Shown: positions 41,917 through 55,266 of the stretch, piece after piece
Layout of the letters: each line of letters starts with the position of its first letter
Numbering within the stretch: the stretch's first letter is position 1
NCBI RefSeq assembly: GCF_006345805.1
Contig: NC_043013.1
Coordinates: 7,564,001-7,628,000, forward strand
DNA from: Octopus sinensis
Taxonomy: Eukaryota
Direction of reading: 5' to 3'
DNA length: 64,000 bases
Position numbers and translations under genes: made by a program
Notes under the pieces: model-generated
Told to the model about the DNA's origin: nothing
Seen by the model: the letters and a program-made list of their open reading frames with translations, nothing else
Databases searched by the model: none

Positions 41917-42201
41917 TACAAATATATGGGAAACTACCACCTGTATCATCTCTTGTGAAAGGTAGAAGACTCCAGTTTGCTGGACATTGTTGTAGAGCTG
42001 AAAACGAGGTAATTTCTACTCTTCTCCTCTGGAAGCCATCTGCTCGCGATACCAGAGGGCACACACTCTCCTACCCTGATGTAATCTCCAGGGATATAGG
42101 CATCCAGCAACAGGACCGCCGTAATGCTATGATCGACTGTGAAGTCTGGCGTAACATAGTAAATTCATTGTCTCGACCACGGTCGAACAATGATGATGAT
42201 G
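41917..42201 (+). mobile_element. 5'-truncated LINE (second RTE-like family) with open 3' coding end
   Basis: IYGKLPPVSSLVKGRRLQFAGHCCR..LLLWKP..WRNIV; (GAT)n tail; 16-bp TSD AATATATACACATATA at 41901-41916 and 42202-42217. Confidence 0.85.
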
Positions 42202-42292
42202 AATATATACACATATACAGTTAAAAGACATTATTATAGATATTAAGGCAGAGAAGCAACTGGAGTATCAAAAAGATATTGCTAAATATTTG

Positions 42293-42426
42293 CGAGGGTG
42301 GGGTGCTGAAAAGTTCCTGGCTTTGGGTAAAAAATACAGGAGGATCAAGTAATTGATTTCATCCAACATATTCCCCTCTCAGATTCACAGACTTATTGCA
42401 ACATTCCTTCAGTTTTTCTAAACCCT
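42293..42426 (+). mobile_element. Mariner-like terminal fragment
   Basis: CGAGGG..GCTGAAAAGTTCCTGG resembles mariner TIRs from memory; no partner TIR seen. Confidence 0.45.
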
Positions 42427-42430
42427 TTAA

Positions 42431-42650
42431 CCCTTTCGTTACCATATTTATTTTGAGATGCTCTGTGTTTCTTTCAATTACTTTAAATATAACAAAGAAT
42501 TTAGTAAAATAACTTAGTTATCATTCAGCTAGTGTTAGTAGCATAAATTGGGACTAAGGTTTGGTGGAAGATTTTAATTCGAAATTTATGAAAACAAGAC
42601 ATTTGTACTCAGAGCCAGAACCGGTTTCAGCCAGGTTGGTATCAAAAGGG
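42431..42650. mobile_element. piggyBac-type MITE (P1, reverse orientation)
   Basis: TTAA at 42427-42430 and 42651-42654; CCCTTT TIRs; matches 2206-2426. Confidence 0.9.
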
Positions 42651-43028
42651 TTAAAATAGCTCTATCATCCCCATTCCTTTATTCTATTGGTCTATGTTTT
42701 TAGTGCCTTCGTATTCCTCCCTCTTCCATATTCCTCTCCTCACATTCTGTTTCTACTCTATTCTACCTTCCCAATACAGCGAAGCCCTTCACAATACCCT
42801 TAACGAAAGGAACTTTTCAGCAACGTCTCATACAACTAGACAATAACAGCATGCCAAGAATTTATATTTGATTGACCAAGAATTTTCCCAAGTCTCATTT
42901 CTATCACCATACGAGTATTCATTAATGTACCAGAAAAATAATTATAACAAGTCTTTCCAAGTATATTTAGTTCTTGCAAGAAACATGTCTGAGAGAATTT
43001 AAAATCAAGTATGTAATACTTGAACATA

Positions 43029-43450
43029 GGTGTAGGAGTGGCTGTGTGGTAAGTAGCTTGCTTACCAATCACATGGTTCCGGGTTCAGTCCCACTGTGTG
43101 GCACCTTGGGCAAGTGTCTTCTACTATAGCCTCGGGCCAACCAAAGCCTTGCGAATGGATTTGGTAGATAGAAACTTAAAGAAGCCCATTGTATATATGT
43201 ATATATACATATGTGTGTGTGTGTGTGTATATGTTTGTGTGTCTGTGTTTGTCCCCTCACCATCGCTTGACAACCAATGCTAGTGTGTTTACATCCCTGT
43301 AACTTAGCAGTTCAGCAAAAGAGACTGATAGAATAAGTACTAGGCTTACAAAGAATAAGACCTGGGGTCGATTTGCTCGACCAAAGGCGGTGCTCCAGAA
43401 TGACCACAGTCAAATGACTGAAACAAGTAAAAGAGCAAAAGAGTAAAAGA
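43029..43450 (+). mobile_element. SINE family A
   Basis: Full-length match. Confidence 0.9.
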
Positions 43451-43769
43451 GATACTTCTACGTGTGTATGGCAGCTTTAGTGAAAAAGTATTCATTTTAT
43501 TTTAAGACACCTGTGCTTTAAGTGGAAGGTGTGGCATGCTGGGGTGTAATAGATGTTTCTCATAAGACTTTCTATCTACATTGCCTCAAACTGATGATTT
43601 CAGAAATATTTCAAGTATTTGAAAATTACATAGATAAGAGAAGATTCCATAAGAATTATTACCCATAACCAAAACCAAAGATGTCAAAAAAGTGCAGCAT
43701 AAAATAACAAAATAGATAAATGATCAGTTTCAATGAGGAGTAGGAAGCAATAAGAGTAACAGCAACAAA

Positions 43770-44205
43770 TGTGTGTGTGTGTGTGTGTGTGTGTTTGTTC
43801 GTGTGTGTATGTGCATGTGTATGAGTGTGTGTGTGCATGTGTGTGTGCATGTGTGTGTGCATGTGTGTGTATATGTGTGTTTATGTGTGTGTGTGTGTGT
43901 GCATGTGTGTGTATGTGTGTTTATGTATGTGTCTATGCATGTGTGTGTATATGTGTGTTTGTGTGTGTGTGTGTATGTGTGTGTATATGTGTGTGTGTGT
44001 GCATGTGTGTGTGCATGTGTGTGTGTGTGTGTACATGTTTATATGTGTGTGTGTGCATGTGTGTGTATATGTGTGTTTATGCACATGTGTGTATATGTGT
44101 GTTTATGTGTGTGTGTGCACAGGGCTGTGTGTGCATGTGTGTGCAGGTGTGTGTCTGCATGCGTGTGCAAGTGTGTGTGTGTGTGCACGTGCAGGTGTGT
44201 GTATG
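43770..44205. repeat. (TG)n array
   Basis: Direct. Confidence 0.96.
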
Positions 44206-44854
44206 AGTTCTATATAAAGCTTGATCATTGATTATGTAAATCAGATCTCAAGAACTATTCAATATGCAATTGATGCAGAGTTGACATTTCATTTCTTAAC
44301 TCGGGGCAGATGCCTTACAGCTGTAGACTCTTGTATTTCTTCAAAACCCCTTTGAATGTGTATCGTCAAACAGTTGTAGAGTTTGTAAGGGATCACCTGG
44401 TTAATAACAGAAATATATGTATGCGTGTTTGTTCGTGTGTGTGCGTGTGTGTGTGTGTATGTGTGTGTGCATGCACGCATGTTATGAATAGTTCTCCAGG
44501 CCATAGCTGAGAAATTTAAGACTTGCTGTCCGTGAGAACTTGCGTATGCTAATGACCTAGTTCCCATAATTGAATCTGTTGAAGAATTTGAGAAAAAATT
44601 CCAAGCTTGAAAGTGAAGGAATCCTAGAACTGGGAGGTCTTAAAGTAAATGCACCAAAGAGAAAAGTTTAACTTGGAAGTAAAGAAGAGAAGACTCATAG
44701 CCAACTGGGAACTGGCCTTGCTTAGTATGCAAAACTGAAGAATGTAGGAAATTCGTACAATATAGTCAATGTACACTATGGGTGCAGAAAAGATGCAATG
44801 CAATTACAAGCAGGCTGTCAGAGATAGACTTAGCAACAATTGTATCTATAGAAT

Positions 44855-45239
44855 GTGGAGGCGCAATGGCCCAGTGGTTAGGGCAGCGGACTCGCGGTCA
44901 TAGGATCGCGGTTTCGATTCCCAGACCGGGCGTTGTGAGTGTTTATTGAGCAAAAACACCTAAAGCTCCACGAGGCTCCGGCAGGGGATGGTGGTAATCC
45001 CTGCTGTACTCTTTCACCACAACTTTCTCTCACTCTTACTTCCTGTTTCTGTTGTACCTGTATTTCAAAGGGCCGGCCTTGTCACTCTCTGTATCATGCT
45101 AAATATCCCCGAGAACTACGTTAAGTGTACATGTGTCTGTGGAGTGCTCAGCCACTTACACGTTAATTTCACGAGCAGGCTGTTCCGTTGGTTCGGATCA
45201 ACCGGAACCCTCGTCGTCATAACCGACGGAGTGCTTCCC
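44855..45239 (+). mobile_element. tRNA-derived SINE family D, full length
   Basis: Head GGCGCAATGGCCCAGTGGTTAGGGC..GGTTTCGATTCCC; 11-bp TSD ATCTATAGAAT at 44844-44854 and 45240-45250. Confidence 0.9.
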
Positions 45240-45339
45240 ATCTATAGAATATATTCTTTAAAATTTTCAGAAATCTCTTAGAGGTATTGATTGCTTTCAG
45301 TACACAAGTGACCTAATTATCACTGGTATACCAAATGCT

Positions 45340-45680
45340 TAACCCATGGACATATTTACAAAGTCAGAAAACAGCACAGCTCCCATGACTTTCGGAAACA
45401 TTTTTTCGCGCTAAGAGTTGCTGAAGCATGGAACAAACTGCCGGCATCAGTTGTTAGTTGTCGGAGCACTGCATCCTTCAAAACTTCCATGCTTCCTGAG
45501 ATTCGCCAACACTACACTTGATATTCTCCCCTCCATACACACACAAGCATGTATCTGACTCATACATTGTTTGCTTCCCAGACATTTGTACATTACTGCA
45601 TATGCTTTATACACACTTTTTGACAAGTTGTGGTGCACCTGAGCACTGTATACAATAATTTCATTATTATTATTATTATT
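45340..45680 (+). mobile_element. CR1-clade LINE 3' end
   Basis: THGHIYKV..FRKHFFALRVAEAWNKLPASVV..SFK, stop at 45519-45521, (ATT)n tail. Confidence 0.85.
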
Positions 45681-46149
45681 GTAGAATAAGAACAAGTCAA
45701 GTTTAGGAAGTTATTACCTCCCTTGGAAACAAGGGGATTCACTCTGAATGGTGAGCTTGGGTATGAAGTGTAATGTTGAATGTGAAGGATGTGTGAAGGA
45801 AGGCAGGAAGTAATACACAGGGATACTCTGCTGGATGTTTAATGTTAGTATGAATGATTGGCAAAGCACAAAATGAGCAGAAACAAGAGGAATAGGATTT
45901 AGTATAGAAAAGAGCACACTAAGATAGTGTGGACATGTGATGTACATGGAGACTCATATTTGGGTTAAAAAAAGTGCCAAGTAATCAAAATGGACTCTAT
46001 GGAAGAGGAAGACCAAAAGACATATGAAGAAGTGGTGAAGGCTAACCTAAGGAGTTTGAGCCAGGAGATTCTTACACCTCTTTATTCTACCTTTATTTTC
46101 TTACATTGTGAGATGCTTACTGCACCTGGGTTTCCCATAACAAACAAAC

Positions 46150-46814
46150 AGGTGTGGCTGTGTGGTAAGAAGCTTGCTTCCCAAACACATGGTTCCAGGT
46201 TCAGTCCTACTACATGGTACCTTGAGCACATGTCTTCTGCTACAGATTCAGGCCAACCAAAGCCTTGTGAGTGAATTTGGTAGATGGAAACTGAAAGAAA
46301 TCCATTGAGTACGTGTGTGTGTGTGTGTGCGCGCACATGTGTGTGTGTCTGTCTGTCTGTGTCTCTGTCTCTGTGTCTCTGTGCATGTGCATGTGTGTGT
46401 GTGTGTGTGTGCACGTGTGTGTATGTGTGCACGTGTCTTTGTATCTATGTTTGTTCACTATCTATGTTGGTGTGTTTACATACCAATGACTTAGTGTCTG
46501 GCAAAAGAATAAGTATTGGGGTTGAGTCACTTGTCTAAGAAAAAAATCTTCAAGGTGGTACTCCAGCATGGCTGCAGTCTAATAACTGAAAGAAGTAAAA
46601 GATAAAAGATATAAAATAAACATAACTATATAGGTGCAGGAGTGGCTTTATAGGCGCAGGAGTGGCTGTGTGGTAAAAAGCTTGCTTACCAACCACATGG
46701 TTCCGGATTCAGTCCCACTGCATGACACCTTGGGCAAGTGTCTTCTACTATAGCCTCGGGCCGACCAAAGCCTTGTGAGTGGATTTGGTAGACGGAAACT
46801 GAAAGAAGCCCATC

Positions 46815-46871
<57 letters not shown>

Positions 46872-47085
46872 GTTTGTTTGTGTCTGTGTTTGTCCCCCCA
46901 CCATCTCTTGACAACCGATGGTGGTCTGTTTACATCTCCGTAACTTAGCGGTTCAGCAAAAGAGACCGATAGAATAAGTACTAGGCTCACAAAGAATAAG
47001 TCCTGGGGTCAATTTGTTTGACTAAAGGTGGTGCTCCAGCATGGCCACAGTCAAATGACTGAAACAAGTAAAAGAATAAAAGAAA
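46150..47085 (+). mobile_element. Two SINE family A copies (46150-46610 diverged; 46652-47085)
   Basis: Match to consensus. Confidence 0.85.
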
Positions 47086-47180
47086 AAAAATACTGCAAAA
47101 ATACAAGAATAAACCGTCTAAGGATACATTTCTTGTATTTTTTTCCTTTCTTTTTTAACTCTGATTTTCGAATAGTTTAA

Positions 47181-47400
47181 CCTTTTCATACCAACCAATA
47201 TGAGACCACATGGGGTACTATGACACACACTTCCTGTTTCAAAGTGATTTAAATTTAACCCACCCAGCCAAATTCCGTGACCGTTTATGTTCCAAACATT
47301 AGCTTGATAATGACTCTTATTTAATGAAATCTTTCGTTATTGGACAAAGTTAATTAAAACAAAGTCAATGTAACTCAACAGAAATAAAGTAACAAAATGG
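47181..47400. mobile_element. Diverged piggyBac-type MITE related to P1
   Basis: TTAA|CCTTTTCATACC...GTAACAAAATGG|TTAC; similar length and internal motifs. Confidence 0.55.
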
Positions 47401-47403
47401 TTA

Positions 47404-47811
47404 CTCTTTTTACTCTTTTACTTGTTTCAGTCATTTGACTGTGGCCTTGCTGGAGCACCGGTTTTAGTCAAGCAAAACGACCCCCAAGACTTATTCTTTG
47501 TAAGCCTAGTACTTATTCTATCAGTCTCTTTTGCTAAACCACTAAGTTACAGGGACATAAACACACCACCATCGGTTGTCAAGCGATGGTGGTGGGGAGG
47601 CAAACACAGACACACAAACATATACACACACATACATATACATATACATATATATATGACGGGCTTCCTTCAGTTTCCGCCTACCAAATCCACTCACAAG
47701 GCTTTGGTTGGCCCGAGGCTATAGTAGAAGACACTTGCCCAATGTGCTACGCAGTGGGAATGAACCCGGAACCACGTGGTTGGTAAGCAACCTAGTTACC
47801 ACACAGCCACT
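47404..47811 (-). mobile_element. SINE family A
   Basis: Reverse complement; tail-to-tail with 46652-47085. Confidence 0.9.
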
Positions 47812-49024
47812 TAATTTATTTTTCAGCAAGTTGTGTCATGTAATTAAAGTGGCATTAATGGTTTTATTTTATTTATTTTTTTTTTAATATTTTCTTTTAT
47901 ATTTTTATACCAACAAGTTTTTGAAATATAAATGGCTACAACAACTACCACTACAACAACATAACAAGAAACTAAATTTTCTGTTTCAAAGAAAAACAAG
48001 GCAAAACATTAGCAAAATAAATGCAAAATGAAACCACATTCACGTTGCAGTGTCAGAAACATTGATGGGGGTCTCTGTCAGTATACATGACATTGAGGAG
48101 GGGTACCCCCTGTCCCACCCATCCACCCACCACCAACCAACCAACAAACCAACCAACCAGCCAACCATGCAACCAACAAACCAAAATCTGGTTACATCTT
48201 TGGATGGGGGGGGAGGTGACCCGGACACGTTCAGACAGATGCATTATTACATTTTCAAGAATATAGGTTGGAATCCAAATAAAAATTTTTTTTTTGAATT
48301 TACAAGAAGCGGGTAAAGGAAGAGATTGACAGTGGTGCTGGTAGTGGCAGTGGTGAGGCTGGTGGCAGGGTTAAGAAATACCATCTTCTTCTTACAATCA
48401 GATTTATCCACACGTTTTTTTGTATGTAGCAAGTTCACCTGACATGTTTCTCACATAATTGGTCCTTCACACCTGCCAGCGCAGCTGTTGCTCAACGTGA
48501 TTGCATGCATTCCAACAGCTTGTTGAAGTAACTGACCTAGCAGAATTTCTGTTACTTTTTCTGTTTTGTATTATTCAGAAGCCTATTGCAACAACGATCT
48601 ATCTTGCCCCATTACCTCCCGGTTTGTTGTTTCAATTCAGCCTGTCTTCTTTACGTTCATTACACATATGTATTGTCATTTGGATTGATGGATCTTATGT
48701 AGTCAACAGCAAGTTAGGTTAGCCATGTTTTATAGCAAAGGTTTTTTGAAACAATTTGTTACTGTTTGCAGAGCCTCTGAGAATAATTTGGCAACGTGGA
48801 ACAAAACATCTCTCAGGTCCCTAAAATGGAAAACCTCATATTTATAAATACACACACACACATGTTTATACTAAGCAAATACTTGCCTTGCAGATGGAGA
48901 AATATAAATATGAAACAGAGATTCTCATTTCATGCCTGAAGTGAAAATACGAATGAGTAAAATCATATTAACAGTACACGAAACTAAAGTAATGAGACAC
49001 TTAACGAAAATGAATGGGTGGACA

Positions 49025-49350
49025 GAGAGAGAGAGAGAAAAAGAGAAAGAAAGAAAGAAAGAAAGAAAGAAAGGAAGGAAGAAAGAAAAGAAGAAAGAAA
49101 GAAAGAAAGAAAGAAAGGAAAGAAGAAAGGAAAGAAGAAAGGAAGAAAGAAAGAAAGGAAGAAAGAAAGGAAAGAAGAAAGGAAGAAAGAAAGAAAGGAA
49201 GAAAGAAAGAAAGAAAGAAAGGAAAGAAGGAAGAAAGGAAGGAAGAAAGGNNNNNNNNNNNNNNNNNNNNNNNNNNNNNNNNNNNNNNNNNNNNNNNNNN
49301 NNNNNNNNNNNNNNNNNNNNNNNNNNNNNNNNNNNNNNNNNNNNNNNNNN
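49025..49350. other. (GAAA)n/(GGAA)n tract followed by 100-N scaffold gap (49251-49350)
   Basis: Direct. Confidence 0.98.
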
Positions 49351-49620
49351 GCCAGCATCGCCTGGCCCCGTGCCGGTGACACGTAAAAGCATCATCCGTT
49401 CATGGCCGTTCGCTCAGCTCTGTCTGGCACCTGTGCAGGTGGCACGTAAAAAACACCCACTACACTCGCGGAGTGGTTGGCGTTAGGAAGGGCATCCAGC
49501 CGTAGAAACACTGCCAGATCTGACTGGGCCTGACGAAGCCTTCCAGCTTCACAGACCCCAGTTGACCCGTCCAACCCATGCTAGCATGGAAAGCGGACGC
49601 TAAACGATGATGATGATGAT
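49351..49620 (+). mobile_element. Family C 3' end
   Basis: Consensus motifs and (GAT)n tail. Confidence 0.85.
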
Positions 49621-49645
49621 GTATGTATGTATTTGCTACCAAGTA

Positions 49646-51288
49646 TTGGGTCATCCCATAAATAATGCAGTTTTGAAATTGCATGAACTAAAAGTCGGAG
49701 GGGGACAGGATAAACTACCTGCATCAACTTGCTATAAAAGTCAATATTGTATCTTACTTTTGTGTTAGCAGTGCAATATTCTTACTTCTAAGTTTATTTC
49801 TACAGATTTCCTCAACAGTTCAGAGTGAGAACAACAAGATACAGCATTTCATACACAAATATGTCTATGTAAACAATGTAATTAAAGATAGAAGTAAGTA
49901 ATGAGTGTATATGCATATTTCAAGAGTTATTGCTCTTTCATCAGCATTTTCATCCAACCCATCAACTGCCCATGAATGCATTGCTTAAATACCCATTAAG
50001 TTTAGTGGTATAATACTATTGGATTGACCAATTTACATATCAAACACATTCTTGGCTAGTGGTACTTCTCAATCACATGGTTCCAGGTTTAGTCCCACTG
50101 CATGGCACCTTTGAAATATGTCTTCTACTATGGACTTGTATATGTGTGTGTGTGTGTGTGGTGTGTGTGTTTGTGTGTGTGTGCATGCATGTGTGTGTGT
50201 GTGTGTGTGTGTGTTTAAATACATATAAGTTGTCAGTGTTTGCACTTTTCTATGCATAAAGGATATAGAAATGCATAACTATGGACCCCCTCTTCAGCTG
50301 TTGAATCAAGATCAAAATGATTTCAGCTCTTTAACAACAGGATTGCTTAGTTGTGAACTTGACTAGGTTTGTAACAAAACTATTAAGGAATTGTGCAGCT
50401 AAGACAGGGCAATATAAAACAAGTGGCATACATGACAAGATGACAACAAATGTACAGAAATACATAGAAATTTCAACAACAATGGCATGTGGCAATATTT
50501 AGGTCTGTTGACTTTTTTAAAAATGATACGTAAAATAATTAAGTTAACCTTAAGGATAAGAAACAAAGAAATTTACGCAGTGAGTCTTTCAGTTGGGATG
50601 AAAAAATATGTACAAACTGGGATGGTAGTTCAAACAAGTAATGTAGAGAGAAGAATAAACAAAATGCAGATCATTTGGATGTTGGCTCTTGAACAAAGAA
50701 ATATGAAAGAGAAAGAAAGATATAGTGAAGGACATCATCATCATTGTCGTCGTCGTCGTCATCATCATCATCATCATCATCATCGCCATCATCATCATCA
50801 TCATTGGTTTAACATCTGCTTTTAATGCTATGATAACAAAGAAGATCTACCATGAGTAGCTTGAGTGGCTTATGTTGGTGCTAGAAGAAAAATGACCATC
50901 TTTGGTTCCAAGACAAAAGGTGTTCTTCCATCAGGTGAATGTTTGGCTACACAGCAAGGATGACATTCCAAAGCCTGGAGCATTTTGAATGGGAAACGAT
51001 GCTGCACCCATCATATTTGCTGGACATTGCCCCATCTGATTAACATTTATTCTGCAGTCTTCAAAATCATTTGGGCAGAAAAAATATGAATTCTGTAGAT
51101 GAGCTCAGAACAGTACTGGAGGAGTATTTTTTGTCACAGACAAGTGGATTTTGGAAGCAGGGTGTTGCAAGTCTACCAGATAGATGGAAGAGCATTGTAG
51201 AAAATGAAGGAGAGTATATTTTAGATTAAAAAGGAACTTTTTTTTTGAAAAATAAAAGGAGTATAAAAAAAATATTATTTACAGGATG

Positions 51289-51294
<6 letters not shown>
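49646..51294 (+). mobile_element. Decayed mariner transposon with both TIRs
   Basis: TA|TTGGGTCATCCCATAAATAAT ... ATTATTTACAGGATGATCCAA|TA; C-terminus LHPSYLLDIAPSD*HLF..LPDRWKSIVENEGEYILD* (stop 51227-51229). Confidence 0.85.
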
Positions 51295-51334
<40 letters not shown>

Positions 51335-51336
<2 letters not shown>

Positions 51337-51500
51337 ATCCAAACATGAACAAAGAGAAAACACAACAACGCAAGGACGTGGAATAAGTATAGTGTTATTG
51401 GATGCTCAGAAAAGGAAAGAAAGAAGGAGGATTTAACATTTTGAGCGGAGCTCTTTGTCAGAAATATAGAAATAAAGAAAAGTCTAACGAAGGGAAGACA
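51335..51500 (-). mobile_element. Family E-like element with CpG-decayed hammerhead (51431-51465)
   Basis: AUUU-CUGACAA-A-GAGC(UCC)GCUC-AAAAUGUU-AAAU; reverts to CUGACGA..GAAACGUU by CpG transitions. Confidence 0.6.
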
Positions 51501-51883
51501 GATATATATATCAACAGTGCTAGATCCTTTGTTTTGTTGTGGAATGATATCTTGGTCAACAGAAGTTTAACATCTACTTTATTTCGAATGGAAGAAGGTA
51601 AATGGAATGTTGAGTGTGTGAGGTAATATAACACTCAAGGGTTGGATGAACTAAAATGACCTTAAATATAGTTTATAAAGTATGAAGTCATAATGTTGAT
51701 ACAGAAGTAAGTGGTTTGTACAAATAAAAGTTTGCTGCTGGAGGTAGTGGTGGAAACGGGTTTTGAGATTGGTTGTGTATAAGTTTGTTATTCACCAAGC
51801 TATAAGCAAATTAAGGTTGGGAAAATGCTGTAAGTTATTATGTACGATTACTGAAAGGGAATTTGTGGTGTGATTGTGGTGTT

Positions 51884-51938
<55 letters not shown>

Positions 51939-52081
51939 CATGTGACTCACATCATGTTTGTTACAGGGATGTAAATAAACTACCACTGGTTGTCAAGTGA
52001 TGATGAGGAAACAAACACAAAGATACAAACCCATTGATATATACATATACATTTATATATATATATATATGTATATGTATG

Positions 52082-52151
<70 letters not shown>

Positions 52152-52152
<1 letters not shown>

Positions 52153-52525
52153 GCCTTGAAAATGAACCAATAGGGAGGCCAAAATCAGTTACTCGGTATA
52201 ATGGATTAAATGTTTGGTTGAACAAAATCTGAGAACAAGAGTCTGAAAATTTTCATCAGAACTTCAAACATCTTGCACAACTGTTTCTCAACACCTGAAA
52301 AAAAAAATGGAAAAATCAAGACAATGGATGGGTTTGTTCCACATCAGCTGAACAAGATTAATAAAAACAGGCACCTCGATTGGAAAAAGAACCATTTTGG
52401 CATCAAATCATTACATGTGATGGAAAAATGGATACTCTTTGACAACAGCAGGAGAACAGGACATTGATTAGATGCAGGAGAGTCACCTAAACACTACCCA
52501 AAACCACCATTGCACCCTAAAAGTG
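52152..52525 (+). pseudogene. Mariner transposase fragment
   Basis: GRPKS..FVPHQL (WVPHEL motif)..IITCD..KWILFDN..PKPPLHPK. Confidence 0.85.
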
Positions 52526-52822
52526 AAGTGGTCCCAATGCAGATATATATCTTTTTTCCAGTGAGGAAAAGTCACTGAACTTGAAACATCGACAATCGGT
52601 GATTGTCACACGCTGGTGATGGTCAATACTCAGAAACTCGGGTCCATGTGTATCATGTCAGGTTGAAGATGGGAAGGATGGCTTCCCTTTGCAAATACTG
52701 ACAGGGCACAGAAAGTGTGTCCTCCTGGGGCTACAAGCTACAGTAGCATCCACCCTTAATGATTAGCCATATTTAAATGGCAAATATACTTCATGATATA
52801 TATATATATATATATGCATATT

Positions 52823-52875
<53 letters not shown>

Positions 52876-52925
52876 TTATATATATGCATATATATAGGTA
52901 TATATACATATATATATATATATGT

Positions 52926-53096
52926 ATTAGCCACTACACACATTTTTTTCTCTCCTCGTTTTTTCTGTGTCCCTTTCTGTAGAAGAGTGTAGGCTCGAAG
53001 TGGAAAAGGCTTTTTCTATTCCTGGGCGTTATACTAATACATCTGTTTGTTTTGTACACCACCTGTCTTCGTCTTTTGTTTTTTTTCATAAACTCT

Positions 53097-53100
<4 letters not shown>
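52926..53100 (+). mobile_element. Family E short element inside (TA)n
   Basis: Matches 61895-62080; hammerhead-like motif at 52973-53008 with mutated GAAA. Confidence 0.75.
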
Positions 53101-53134
<34 letters not shown>

Positions 53135-53136
<2 letters not shown>

Positions 53137-53299
53137 TCATCATCATCATCATCATCATCATTTAGCATCCGCTTTCCATGCTAGCATGGGTTGGACGGTT
53201 CAACTGGGGTCTGTGAAGCTGGAAGGCTTCGTCAGGCCCAGTCAGATCTGGCAGTGTTTCTACGGCTGGATGCCCTTCCTAACGCCAACCACTCCGTGA

Positions 53300-53305
<6 letters not shown>
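53135..53305 (-). mobile_element. Family C 3' end
   Basis: Consensus. Confidence 0.85.
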
Positions 53306-53343
<38 letters not shown>

Positions 53344-53507
53344 GTACATATGTATATATATATATATATATACGTATATATATATGATAAACTTCTTTCA
53401 GTTTCTGTCTACCAAATCCATTTACAAGTCTTTGGTCAGTCTGGGGCTATAGCTGAAGACACATGGTTGGGATGCAAGCTTCTTACCACACAGCCTTACC
53501 TGTGCCT

Positions 53508-53545
<38 letters not shown>

Positions 53546-54054
53546 TAGTAATTGTAAATTGATACTTCTCAAAATAATTGCTCAATTTTTCTAAGACTGC
53601 ATTGATAACTTAGAATGTTAGGCTGCATGTTTTGTAGGCATTATAATTACATCCCTTTTTTGCTGGTAAATATTTATGGCTATTTCTCTACCTCCTTTTT
53701 ATTCTTATATGTATCTTATGAGAATTTAGTTGTGTTTCTTTAAGTCACATGGAACTGAATCAAACTGTTTTAAATAATAGTACAATTAACTCCAACTAAA
53801 TGTGATGTGTGCCCTTTCCTTTATCTTTCATTTGTCCACTCACTCATATATCATATATATATTATTTATTCCCCATTACACATGTTTCATTTGCTAATAG
53901 GAATTACAATTCTGTACATGTCAGCTAAACATGTAAATAATTTCCTATTAGAAGGTCAAGAGGTCACAGCTTGGATTTTAATCCTACCTACGTTATATAT
54001 ATATCATTATCATTTAACATCTGCCTTCAATGCTGGGTTGGATATATATATATA

Positions 54055-54490
54055 GTGGAGCGCTAAGAGCACCATCTGAGTGTGATCGTTGCCAGAACGG
54101 CTAATTGGGTTCCATGCCGGTGGCACGTAAAAAGCACCATTCAAGCGTGATCATTACCAGCATCACCCCACTGGCACTCGTGCCGGTGGCACGTGATAAA
54201 AAATTGGAGCAAGGTCGTTTGCCAGTGCTGCTGGACTGGTTCCTGTGCAGGTGGTACATAAAAAACACCATTTGAGCATGGCCATTGCCAGTACTGCCTG
54301 ACTGGCCCTCATAAAAGCACCCACTACAGTCTCGGAGTGGTTAGCTTTAGGAAGGGCATCCAGCTGTAGAAACTCTGCCAGATCAAGATTGGAGGCCGGT
54401 GCAGCCATCTGGTTCACCAGTCCTCAGTCAAATCATCCAACCCATGCTAGCATGGAAAGCGGACGTTAAACGATGATGATGATGATAATG
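54055..54490 (+). mobile_element. Family C
   Basis: Consensus with GTGGCAC repeats and (GAT)n tail. Confidence 0.85.
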
Positions 54491-54499
54491 ATATATATA

Positions 54500-55266
54500 T
54501 TAATAACAAGGTTATTGTATCTGAAGTCAATCCCAATAGAATTAAATTTATGTCAAGTAACTCTAAGATTAAAAATTCTATATACCAGTGTATAATCAGT
54601 ACTCGTAATAAAGTACGATTTTACATTGGAAGCACATCGTTAGAGTTATCTAAGAGAATTTCTATCCATTACTCAACATTTAGGGATAGAAATAAACGGA
54701 ATAGTACCGGTCTCAGCAAACTGATTTGGAATTTAAAAGACCACAATGAACAATTTCATTGGAATGGTTGATCCTCTCAATTTCGATACCATATGACAAA
54801 GGCAAGAAATTCTGTCTTCTCTGCAATTCTGAGCTATTTTTCATTATTTTTTCTAAATACTCTAGTAAACACGGTTATAGAACGAGCATACAGATGTAAG
54901 CATTGGCAAAAACATACTTTTAGTGCATATAAGTAGTCTCTATCATTATATATAGTTTAGACTTAATTTCCTTTATATTTAACATTCACTATTAATATCC
55001 CTACTCTTTCTGTTAGCTACTTATGACGTTATATCATATAACGTTTTTTTAAACAATATTAATAGCGTTCTGTCTATCGCTATACGAATCCATCATTTTT
55101 TGCTAAAATGTCGTATTGACAAGTTTCGTTTTTTTCACTTTCCCGAAGAGAAGATTGCATTGTTTATACCTTTTATTCTTTTGAATAAGTATCAGTGGAA
55201 TTTTTGAAACATATGTAGAAAGAAAAAATACTTGTTTAAACCTGCGTTGACTCCATTTTTTATTCC

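Larger units (their letters stand above)
44488..46060 (+). pseudogene. Decayed RTE-clade LINE RT region carrying two nested insertions
   Basis: IVLQAIAEKFKTCCP*ELAYANDLV (degenerate YADD), GLKVN, Cys-rich WPCLVC..CTLWVQKRC, later GHVM and GRGRPK motifs. Confidence 0.8.

Noticed and set aside
44855-44935. tRNA gene
   Set aside because: A/B boxes continue into a SINE body flanked by a TSD; no complete acceptor stem or terminator. The same applies to family A and B heads.
48925-49486. Lys/Glu/Arg-rich ORFs
   Set aside because: (GAAA)n translation running through an N gap.
52561-52595. Hammerhead-like GTGAGGA..AAGT/ACTT..GAAAC
   Set aside because: C3 altered, and no NUH triplet or stem I; could be chance.
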